From positions 90,768,001-90,832,000 of the forward strand of contig CM060731.1 of the NCBI GenBank assembly GCA_030704615.1: a DNA stretch of 64,000 nucleotides, read 5' to 3'. This DNA comes from Takakia lepidozioides (taxonomy: Eukaryota > Plantae > Bryophyta). The notes beneath the pieces were generated by a model that was given only the letters and a program-made list of their open reading frames with translations, was not told the DNA's origin and did no database searches. The first letter of the stretch is position 1; each line of letters starts with the position of its first letter. The translations under genes and the position numbers were made by a program. Of the stretch, positions 50,811 through 62,492 are shown one piece after another.

Positions 50811-52497
50811 CGGGCCAAAAAACCCTATGTTGTCTCTCCCGCTGTCAGAATCACGAGATGTGCTTCTGAGCTCGCGGCGAGAGTGTTACGGCGGACGTGC
50901 TTTGGTGGATGCCCCTTTTGTGGTGTCGTATCCTTGCTGGGCGAGCCCCTGGGGATGCGCGAAGGCGGCGCCTTGTCTCTCTAGCAGCGGGAAACACTGC
51001 TGTGAATGCAGTGGCATCTTCCCTCCTCTGGCTTCTAATTTTAGCAGTGGCATTTATGCTGGGAAGTCTCTCTCCCTCCCTTCTATTGCCTTGCGAGTTT
51101 GCCTGCTTTGCTTCATTGCTCATGTGCTTTGTGGAGGCGACTTGCCGCGGGTGGTGATGGCGCATAACCCTCTTCCCCAATCGCTTAAGGTGCCTTTGGA
51201 GTTTAGGGATCATTGTGTTCTTATCTTCTTCTCTTGCTTTTGAGATTCTTAGTTGACATCGATGACAAGTGTGAGGGTTTGTGATTCACCTGGGGTTCCA
51301 CAATCCTCACTAATCTGTTGATTTTGTGGGGGCTTGTGATGGGACCAGGTGAGGATCCTCACTTACTTTGAAATTTCTTGAGCATACAGTTGGGGATATG
51401 GGCTGAGAAGACCTGTAAGTTATCGCGCCTTGACGTGGTTGCTGTTTGCAGCCCCGAATTCAACCCGACTGCTCCTGGTTTGGCAGGCTACAACCTATGT
51501 TTTGGCTTTTGTTGTTCTGCCGTCGATGGGGCAGATCGACCTGTATGGCCTGTCTCCTGAGGCCTGCATACAGACCATACCCTATCTTTTGATCATTGAC
51601 AGCAGGGCCTGTGGATTATCGAGCTAGGTTGTAACTTCTTTGGGCCATAGAGGATCTGGTTTTATGGGGGCTACCTCGGTGGTTTGGGACTCTAAGGACG
51701 TGGTGGCCTTGAATGTTATGGCGGCAGCCTGATAAGGCACCGACCTGCTCCTTTTCGGGCCTGTTTATGGTGTGTGATGGATCATAGTGAGGTGTGCTTT
51801 GCAGGGATGCCTCGGCGTGAGCCTGGTCACGTGAGCGCGTGAGCGCGACTGCGCTCACGCCACGTCACCTTGCGCAAATGCCACGTCACGGGTCTCAGTC
51901 CACGTCATCACACGTGGAGGCCGAGTCACCACGCACCCAGAAAGAAGTGGAGTGTATTCCCGCGGATTGGCACCCTTTACCGCGGAAACAAGCTGGACGA
52001 CATAATAAAAGGCATTGAATAAATGATGGATGAATGTACAGTTGGATGATAAACAGATGGATGAGTTTGAAAAATCTATGTAGATGGATGAATGACGGAT
52101 GGATAAGAGTAAAATGGATGAATGTATAATGGATATTGAGCAATGACAAAAATTCATGACAGGAAGATGCATGACCAAATCTTTTGACGAATGCACAAAG
52201 TATATGAAATGAGTGTGGAAGGTTTGTGGGGTGGATTAAAGAGTACAGAGGATGAATGTACAATGGATGTTGTACAAAGGAAGCTTTCATGAATGGAGCA
52301 CGCATGAATACGGTGTAGATGAATGCACAATGGATATGAGAAGAGTCAGGAAGGTTTGTGAGATGGATTCATACATATAGCAATGTAAACGAAAGTTGAT
52401 TCTGTGATTATTATTTGTTCTAAAGGAACAACTACGGTAGAGTAAGGGGATTCAACGTTTCCAGATAATATGAAAATGAATATTAAAAGAATACAGT

Positions 52498-55400
52498 TCA
52501 GTCTGACTCAGAGTCAGTACAATGTATCCCCTCTTCCTCTGCATCTAAGTCTAAGTATTTTAGAACACCGGATCCACGCGGAATACACCTACGACTGGCC
52601 ACTAAAAAGTCAGGGGATAGGGACTCGGACGCGTGAAGTGCCATTGCTTCGGCATAAACAGGGAGCAGAAAATTGGAAAGGGGGCTGTCGAAAACAGACT
52701 CGCCAGAAATGACTGTATCTCCTGAAGATCCACCGCTGGCTTTCCTGAAAGACAGCCTGAAAAAGTTATTACTGTAACTTTGATGTTATCGAGAAATTGA
52801 GTATGACTCCCAAAGAGGGTTTAGCACTTACTCACATGAAAAGTCGTTGTCGACCTGCTTATCTTCGGGATCGTCATCATTTCGAATATGAATCCGATCA
52901 GTCTGTGTGCCTGAAGTGGAGCCAGACAAAAGGGGGAGGAGCACTGTGTTGTAGAGGTCAGAATCACCCTCCATACCAAAAAGGCTTCTTCCGCCTGCCT
53001 TGCATGCGTGGTAAGTTGCTCCTGCACCAGACAGGAGAACATAAACAGTTTGGAGGAGGGGATTTAAGCAGATGAAACTGTTGAAAGGAAACCAATTCGG
53101 AAGGGAGAAAACGAACCTGTGGACACAGAAAGATCGACAACCCGTGCAGAGCGGTGGCTGCATGACTCCAGCAGTATTTGCATGAATGCTGGTGACTTTT
53201 CCTTTGCACCTCTCCAGGGAGTGCCATCTGGTCTCTTCAGAGTCTGACTGGACTGTATGAAGTTGTACAAAATGTCATCGACATGGGGCTTATAGGGGGG
53301 GTTGACGAAACAACCCTGGTCAGAAATCTCAAAGCTGCGGATGGAGGATGGTGTCTTTGATGTGCGAATCCTCCGCAGGCAGATCGCCTCGAACATCCTC
53401 GTCTGCCAAAGATAGCAGGTTAGTGTGGTAAACACAATCTAAAGTGGAAGTGTGTACATCGGCTATTCAGAACTCTGACACCAAAAAACCATGAATCGTT
53501 GATGATCGGTGTCGATCATAAAACATTCTACTAGAGTGGATCTGCAGAGAAAATTGAAACTCATGATCAAAGCATAAGCAGAAGGCAGACGGCATACCAG
53601 CTGACCAGGGAAACCGCCTTTCACAAGGTAGAGGCTGTTCACACAATTCCATGTGCGCAAAACTTCAAACCCTGAAGACTTGAGGTATGATGCCAATGCC
53701 CGACGACTATCATTGTCACATGACTGAAAAAGCAGAAGTGTCCCTGCATCAGAGAGGAAATTATTACAGAACCCGAATACCCAACTCCAGTAGTTGTCCT
53801 CGAATTTGTTCCACCCTGGCGTCTTGCCCTTTGGAAGAACTTCTGGCACAGCCTGGCCATCCGGGATGTCGAGAATGACAATGTCGGCCGCATAAGTTTT
53901 CTGCACACCGCACACGAAGGTGGGACCTGTGCTCACCTGCAACAGACATGTTTTTTATAAGAACGATGGCAAGAATGTTTTCAAAGAACGAGACTGAAAT
54001 ACTGCCAACGAAACATTCAGAGAAAAGGAAAGAAAATGGAATTCTCACCAGATTGAGGAATGAGATTATATTGTCCCAGGTAGGGGATGGCACCCCAGTG
54101 TATCCTCTCTTTCGACTCTGCATCATCGAAAGCCAACCCTCATTAACAATTTTCATCTCTCCTGCTGAATCAGAACGGGAAGGGTGTGGCTTGGCATCGA
54201 ACACGCACTGAAGAGTGCGGGTATATCTTCCAGCAGTAAAGTCCTGCCCACTCTCCATCTCCTTTTCATTCTCCTTCCCCTTGTCCTTTTCCTTCTCTTT
54301 GGACTTGTCTTTGTCCTTTGGCTTTGCTGGTGAGATGGCTATGACATCAACAGCCTTGTCTTTTGGTTTGCGGCCCGCCTTCTTTCCCTTCTGCGGCGTT
54401 CCCTGAGCATCAGGCTCCTTGGCAGCCAAGGTTGCTATGTTTCGTTGATACTCTTCGTCAGTCAAAGGCGCCAGCATCTCAGCGTTATTGTTCAAGTATT
54501 TCATATGCTGTTCTTGAAAGGTCGTGTGCTCAGGTGGGCAGTCAAGGTACCACCCACAGTCTCTGAAGTGAGAAGGACTCCAGTCCTTCAATATCCCTGC
54601 AGTATACATGGTTGGATCGTTTGCAGGGTCCGACCACATGTCAAGATAGTCGGGAATTCCGCTCAGGTGATTTCCTTCCATAAGCACATATTTCGTGTAC
54701 CTGAAAAAAGGAGATGAATCCCAACCCACAAAAGCGCTCAGTGAGTAAGATGCAAGTAGAACAGAAAGAATAAAACATGGATTGAAATGGCTCTGACAAC
54801 TGCTCCAAGGACCTTTCAGGACCACACTACTGCTCCAGATATGAATGTCGTCAACGCCATTCAGAACATTCCATTCCATGACACTGTAAATACATCCTAA
54901 TCCAGGTGAATGCAAATAAGCGATTAGAAATGACACAGACATAGAAGTGAATGTCGTCAACGACATTCAAGAATGAAGCCAAATTATTACTGAAATGAAG
55001 CAAAAGCACAGGATGGAAATAAAAAAATTGTGTAAGGAACCATCCAGGAAAACTCAATGCACATTCATAACGAACCTATCACTGAGGACCTCACAACATC
55101 ATTGTATGTGAATGGCGTCAACGCCATTCACAAAAATACAAAAAAGAAACCAATTACTTAGCTCCCCAATCCATGAAAATTGAATTTGTCGTTTTTGAAT
55201 AATACAGACACAGCTGTGAATGTCGTCAACGACATTCACTTTGGATTTCTTAAAACAGAGCTTATCAAGCCTCCATATTCATCGCAAGAGGAGAAAACAA
55301 TGCAGAACAACTGAATGTCTGCATTGACATTCAGCAAAATGAAGTGATCAACCCTCATTGTAACCTCTATGGACATTACAAAAATTTAAATAACCTTGAG

Positions 55401-58134
55401 GACCACACAACAACTCCGTATGTGAATGTCGTCAACGCCATTCAAGGACATTATCAATTCTAATCAGGGACAATATAATTGCACCCTTAGATCCTAACCA
55501 GGTGAATTCATATACTCGCTTAAGAATGACTCAGACAAAGAAGTGAATGTCGTCAACGACATTCAATCTGGATCTAAGATTGCAATCCATATGAAGCCAC
55601 AATTTTTCCCAAAAAAACAGTAGAGTTTCAAGTATGACATTTCACCTGTACACAACTCGCATCATGGCCCACTCTCCTCCAACCTGACTGTCAAAGTCGT
55701 TGGACCGTAAAATGTTACCATCTTTGGAGAACTCCCGGAAAAAACAGTATCTCCAGGTGAGACCTCTCCACTTCCTTATGTATGCCTCCAATGACATTTG
55801 GGGAGGGGAAACAATCGCAATGTTCAGGTCCTTCAAAGTCTGATCCAGCACAATGACGGCGCGCTTTTCGAGCTGCAAATAGTATATTTGTCAGAATTGC
55901 AAAAAAGAAACACATCACATACTTGAAGAGAAGAAACAGCATGTTCGAATACACACCTGACTCCAAAATGTAGCCTTGTGGAGCCAGTTATCAAACACCA
56001 AATCACTGATTCCTTCCACCTTTGTGCCAGGCTGTATGGTGCTCTTTGGGAACTGATTCAAGTCCTTTACTGTTTGATCTGAGTTCCATATCTCCAGCCA
56101 CCTTATTTTTGTTTGTGGGTCGACCATCGATATGGCCAGCCGGTGCAATTTCTCCTGCTGCATCTCCGGATGCACATGCTTGTCATAGTGTGTTTTGATC
56201 TGCTGAAGGAACTCAGGACCAAGTCCAGGATCTACTATTCTAAGCTGCTTTCTGAAGGCTGACATCAATTTGGTTCTTCGCATCTCAAACTCCTTCTTTA
56301 TTGCAGCTTCCACACCCTTTGATGTCATTAGTTCCTCTGGTGTAGTGCGGTAATATTCGGATTTTCCCTTCTCAGCTGCCTCTGCCAGTTCTTGCTGCAT
56401 TCATTCAAGTAGTGATTAGCTCCGAAGGGACTCTAAACATGTATTCGAAAAGTAAACAGATTACAGACTCGGGCTTATCGCATACATGTACTCCAGAAAC
56501 GCCTCTCGTGTCAAAGAATACCAAGTGCCTGCAGCTCTTCCTGTTTCGCACTTCTTGATGATATTGGGTGGTAGTACTGTCCGAAAATCATCCAGCTTCA
56601 TCAGACCAATCCTCTGAATTCGGAATAGTGTGTGAACCAAGCTTGTTGTCACATGCGATTTCTCTGTCGATCTGCAAAAACATTGAAAACATTGCATTCC
56701 TTAACACTGTTTTTTGAGGATCAACAAGACACTACAGAGGGAATCAAATCTCCTGGATGACTTACTTGTTCACGTCGTGCATAGCTGTAAGAAGCCTAGC
56801 GATGTCGTTTCCTGGATCCAAAACCATTGCCTCCACAGCAACATGCTTGTCTTTGTCTTTCGAATGGTGTTTCTGAATGTATCCCATCCATGCCAGCAAT
56901 CGGTGGTTGCCGTCCCAGACGTAGAACATGTGGTTGCAAAATTGCTGGGTGTTCTTTCCCATCATGAGGCCCAGCTCGAACTCCTCATTGGCATCTTTCC
57001 AGCACTCATCCCAGTTATCACTGATCTCTGGAGAAACTAATGTGCTTTTCCCATTTATATCCGTCAGGGACACATAAAAAACTTGTGCACCAAGTCTATA
57101 TCCATGCACAAAATCACTCTCCAATTTTGTTATGTCATGGGAAAGAGGTGGACGCACAACAGGCATTGATATCATCCGGCACAGAGGTATGTCCAGACGC
57201 CCTCCAGATACGAGCATGTCCCTTATAACCTCCTGAGAGTTTACCTTCTGGAATGACATGAGTTCTTTCACCTTGTCAAGGTAGTGCACTTCGGATTCAT
57301 CTGCTTCATCTGTATTCTCTGAGCTTTTTGCGGACTCGTCCCCATCTCCAGATCCTTTCCCCTCTGATCCTGTAGGCTTCGACCTCACAGTTTTCTGCAC
57401 GATGCCATTCAGTTCTGACTAAGTCATTTGCAAATAGTGAATGGCGGTAACGACAATCACTCTGTATCAAGGAAACTCACCATGAATGGTGTGAAAGAAT
57501 TCAGCACAATCTACAGATGCAAAGCCGAGACTGCCGTATTCAAAACAAAAGTGAGAGCGATAGCGAACGGCGTTAACGACAATCACAAAAGATAACAACC
57601 TGCCGGATCGGTGTTGTGAAATGACATATATGTGCAACTGATTGGCGGCAACGACATTCAGTATAGTTTAGGGAGAATAGTAAGTGCAGACTCTCTCTTC
57701 AAACACATAGGTACATAAATCTCATGAGCAGAATCGAATGGCGTTAATGACGCTCGCGATTCAGTAGTTCCTGCTAAAGAATGGAAGAGGAAGGACTCCT
57801 TGAAAGGCAATCACATAGACTATATGATAAAACTTACTGGCACCTTCTTAGGTTTTGAACTTTGATCCCCTTCTGCAGCTTTCCTCTTCCCTCTCACATC
57901 TGCTGGAGTTTCTGTCTGCGCAAGGGTTTCTTGACCTTCTTCAGGTTCGGCGTTCCGCGTGCTTCCACCTTCTTCAGTGTCCCTGCGATTCATCTCTGCC
58001 TCCACAGGCTGGCGCACTCTTATCGCCGGCTGTGTCGCAGCCGCTGCCTCAGTCTCCGTCTGCTCTTGTGAATCAGTCTCCGCGTTCACCTGCTGCCTTG
58101 GCCCTGTGTTCTCCAACAAACGACGCCTCGTCAT
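52498..58134 (-). CDS. Predicted ParB/Srx-like domain - beta-class N4/N6 DNA methyltransferase fusion (about 10 exons; one donor site near 56478 appears mutated)
   Basis: VWDGNHRLLAW (about 56900); intron 55645-54701 joins VVY-R-YTKY in frame; ADIVILDIPDG; EKSPAFMQILLESCSHRSARVVDLSVSTG; GATYHACKAGGRSLFGMEGD. Confidence 0.72.
54842..55565. repeat. Seven intronic copies of the 22-bp palindrome TGAATGTCGT-CA-ACGACATTCA
   Basis: Starts at 54842, 54948, 55109, 55217, 55312, 55423 and 55544; another copy at 7955. Confidence 0.9.
57438..57756. repeat. Four degenerate copies of the same palindrome in intron 1
   Basis: Starts at 57438, 57564, 57639 and 57735. Confidence 0.7.
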
Positions 58135-58989
58135 TTTCTCTCTTGCTCTGCGTCTCTCTCTAAGGGAAGTAAAATAAAGAGACTTTCTTCTCTTTCGTAT
58201 TCTAGAAGGAACCCTCTCCAGCTTGACTACCACTCTCCCTCTAAGCGCGAAAAGTAGAAAAACGCAGTGACTCCCGATTTCTTGCGGGATTGCCTGTGTT
58301 CTTGCGTGTCTCTAGAAGCATCGGATTCCCTCCCGCGTGACCGTTACACATAGTCGTTTCGATATTAGTGCACATGCCAGCAATTGGTGTACAGCTGTTC
58401 GTATTCAGTTATGGATGTCTGACGTGTGCCGCCCAAAACAAAACGGCGTGTTCTAAATTATAACTGGTTCAATATTTAAAAAGAACAGCGAATCCCAGAA
58501 ATTGATGCGCAGTCTTAAACAAATAAATATAAATGAACGAGAGTTTGATGACAAATTTTGGAATATCATACACGGTCATCCTTGTTATCCAAACCCCACA
58601 TTCGTTGCACATTTGGAACTTTCCAGGTGCGCATGATCATTGGTAGTAGTATATAGATACATTTACTTAATCTGCAATCCCATTCTCGGATCCTGTGGCA
58701 TGCTTCCAGGAAGTCGGCTTTGTTATTGGGTTTATTGATGAGGTTCTGATTAACGGTTTAACAGTTGCCGACACTGCCCCTATGGATTCTCTGACCACTG
58801 GGCCCACAAGAAAAGTAATTAAAATGGACGGCTGCATATCTGGAATGAATAACAGAATATGCACAGTCGTTATCTGAGCTTCCTCCGCCATATGCTCTGC
58901 TCATTCTTCAACTGTGTTCTGGAGACAGCAGTAAACCGATTTACACTAGATCTGCGATAGCAAGGTACAAACATACTCGAGGAAGGAAG

Positions 58990-61900
58990 ATGGCTTCCTC
59001 TGAAGCGGAGTTCTTCTCAGACGACAAACCAGTGCCGTTCTCCCAGGAAGTCCTTGACAATGGATTTGCAATTGTTCTGGAACATGTCTTGGCTACCCGT
59101 TTTCAGCTGCAGAATGGCTCCATCTTTTTGGAGAAAGAGGTTTACGATCTGAAAGGAAGAAGTTGGTGAAATATTCTTTCCAAAACCGTGATGAGACGGC
59201 TCATATCAGCCAGTGGAGAGTGCGTCCTGGTCGATACAGAGTACTTGGAGAGCCTCGGCGAAAGTCCCTTGGGTCATATGTGACGCCCGGGACTGCTGCT
59301 TCGGTCGTTGAAGACAAGAGGGAGGTGGTGGTGAAAAAAGAACAGACGTCCTCCACTCCAATCGTTGAGCTTTCGGATTCATCCGATGATGACATAAGTG
59401 AAATTCCAAATCCAGTCCTTCCTACTGTGGTTGCAGAAGCTGATGAAGAAGAGATTTGTAGTGTCATTCCAAAATTGCGGGCGATGAGAGGAATGGCTGG
59501 ATTCAAAAGCGAGTTGCGGGGAATTGATTGGGAATCTTTGAAGCAGGTGCCTGTGAAGTTCTTGCCGGAGACTTTTGATGGCGATATCCTATTCGAGCTG
59601 CCTCCTCCTCCGCGAGTTGGAGGTGTAACAATCATGATGCATGGAATGGACAAGAAACACGACGGGCACCCGTGGTGCAGAACAAAAACATCCAATATTC
59701 AGAATGATGACAAGCTTGTTTTCAGGAGGACAGTTTGCAATGGACACCTTAGGTGTGATAATTTGAATTGCAGACACTTTCTTCAGTCTGGAGTTCATAA
59801 TCAAAGCGAATGGGAGGGTCTGGCAGAGAATCCATTTCAGCCTGGGACTGCCCCTCCACCGGCAAACACTTTCGTCTGCAAATTCTGCAAACTTGTGCCA
59901 TCCTGCTTGGCGCTCTGCGGAGCAAGAATGTACTATGTTGTCCACCGTTTGAATACAATGACGAGAGCTTGTGTGCATTTTGGATTCCATAACCATCCTG
60001 TCTCGAAGGGGGATTACAGGGAGAGTGTTGAGACAGTATCGAGGTTGATCAAACAGGAGTTCGGGAGAAACCCATCCGCAACAACATCTGCAATTGCTCT
60101 TGGCGCAAGCAAGTCCTTCTTGGAAAGCCATATTTTGAGTGAAGGAGATTCTGTGGGGACTAAACTTGACGGTGCAGCATTGGACCTGGTCATGGATCAT
60201 TTCTCCACTTTAAGTTCACCTAACATTCGGCATCAGATCAATGCATTGAGAATGGGCTCTGGGATCAGAGGCTACATAGACAATATTTTGGAATTGAAAC
60301 GACTGAGCAAGTACGATTACATCCAGGACAATGTATTCCCAGGTCAAGGTGCCATCAAAGTTTTTCTTTTCAAAATGTCGACTGTTGGGGAGGGCAGTGG
60401 GGTTAGCCTCGTGAAGCGGATGCAGAAGACTGGGGACTTGCAGAACTGTTTTCTTATGTTTGATCATGTGAAACGAGTGAAGGATTGGACGACGAATGGC
60501 TTGTCATGTCTACGATCCAGTGTACCAACGAGTTATGACAATTGCAGTTTGTGACATGCAATCCGAGGATACGGAATCCCAGAAGCTCATGTGGAATTCC
60601 CTGATACGTGTCATGGGCTGCCATCTCCAAATTTCGCAGGTTTCATGGCGGATAGTGCTCAAGCAAATTTCAATGCTATTCGTATTGTCTTCGGATCGGG
60701 CGACCCAAAAGTGCTTATGCCAGGAAGAGAGCGTACATGTCTATTCCATTGGACACAATCTCTGGAAAAACATACAAAGTCGGACATCAAACCAGAGATG
60801 CAGACTCAGCACCGTAAATTGTGCAAAGAGTACAAAGATGCTAGAACAATGAAGGAGGCGGACACTTTGTTCCAGACAATTCGTGCCTGGTGGTTCTCTT
60901 CTGGAGCTGCATCACTTGAGAGTATGAGAGCATTGGAAGATTGGCTGGCGTTTTGGCACTTCCGGTATAGACAGTGGGGAGCAGCCATGACAATGGTACG
61001 AGGCTTCTATTTCATGCTTTATTCATACATTTGCTTTCCATATTTTTGTTGCTTTCTTTATGTTGTTTCCTGTGCACTATTCTGAAGTGTGGTTATCCTC
61101 TTTGCAGAACATGTCCATTGAGGAAATGGCAGACATGCCATCTTGCAATTTGGCAGAAACTGTGCACAATGCATGGTTGCAGCAGTCTGGGAAAAGAGGT
61201 CGGGATTTGTATGTGGCAACAACAGATGATTTGATACGTGCCTTGCAACAACAAACCCGATACCGTGATTTCTTACGAGGTGGGGTTGGTGGCAAGGGTC
61301 CGGACAAATCGGAGTTGATGTTGCGTGCTACAAACAGATCTGGGGATCCAATCAAGATAGCACGGGCGGTGAGCATGTATGCCCAGGGAACGCCACTTGT
61401 TTCTAGAGTTCCACATCTTGAAGGGAGGAGAGATTCGGCTCCTGTAAGAGGAAATTGAACACTCCACCTGGTTCGGATTCAGATTCCCACAGGGCAGACC
61501 GTGATAACTTCTCGAAGCCTCGTGTTCCCCTGCATGACAGCTCCGTGTCCGGAACCTCCATTGTGGAGGAACCTCCAACACGACGGCAAGCTCCAGCATC
61601 AAACCGTGCCACTGAAATGGTGCAGGAGAGAAACAACCCCCTTGATGTGCTTGAGTCCGCATGCCCCGACCACGTTTGGCACATAGAACGCACAAGTGTC
61701 GGGTCTCGTGTGAAATGTACAGCGATCAGGGCAACTAATTTCGAGAAGTGCACTTCATCTATATCCAGAGGTGGTGCCCGAACTCCTGCTCCGACTTTCA
61801 CGGGCTTGATGCGTCCATACGGTCAACCAGAAGCCAAGAACCACAAGTTCTGGTTCTGCGCAGATGATTGTGCCAGATGTGTGCATGGAACTGTGCGTCC

Positions 61901-62492
61901 TTCCGTAGTGATGAAGCCATCTCCTCCAACCGTTTGGCCCGTGAAGGTGGGAACACATCTCAGCTTTCAGGAGATTGAAATGCTGGAGGAGGCAGGTTTT
62001 TCCCTTGCGAGACAACCCCAACTCCATGCATGTGCTACTACTCCTGCGTCCTCCCGGGTCCCCCCGGCAAATCCTGACTTGTGGCCAACCAAACGAGATG
62101 GAAAGCTCGTTCGGCGTTTCCCTCCAACCGCTGAACACTTTGGCAAAGTGGAGTCCGCAAGAATGCTCCAAGCTCGTGTTGGAAGCACCACGGAAGTACC
62201 CGATCCAGGATATGGTCGGGTATTCACAATCATCACTTCCACATCTGCTGTTCATGACAGGACCTACGACATCACGGTTTCCAATTTCCCCAATTGCACA
62301 TGTCCTGATTTTGTGAATATGCTATCAACCAGTTTGGGCAAGAGAGGTAAATTCATACCCTGCAAACATTTGTATTTCATATTTTTGAGGAGGATGGTTT
62401 GCGATCCCAAACGTGACAACTTCATTCACCAGGCCACTATGAGTTTCAACGAGGTCGATACTCTTTTGCAGCGGGATACAACACATGGGTAG
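58990..62492 (+). pseudogene. Mutator-like DDE transposase with SWIM finger, family A (several frameshifts; intron about 60996-61107)
   Basis: HDGHPWC, FLMFDHVKR, GFMADSAQAN, CLFH, CNLAETVH, SWIM CTC...CKH; homologous throughout to 22600-26192. Confidence 0.82.

Noticed and set aside
50827-51800. Short ORFs left of element A2
   Set aside because: No recognisable motifs; left unannotated
54842-55565. CRISPR-like array of palindromic repeats with spacers
   Set aside because: Spacers vary from about 73 to 139 bp and are partly duplicates of each other; the array is in a eukaryotic intron with no cas genes
52498-58134. Bacterial contamination or prophage as the source of ParB and MTase
   Set aside because: The gene has spliceosomal introns at conserved positions and lies inside plant TEs
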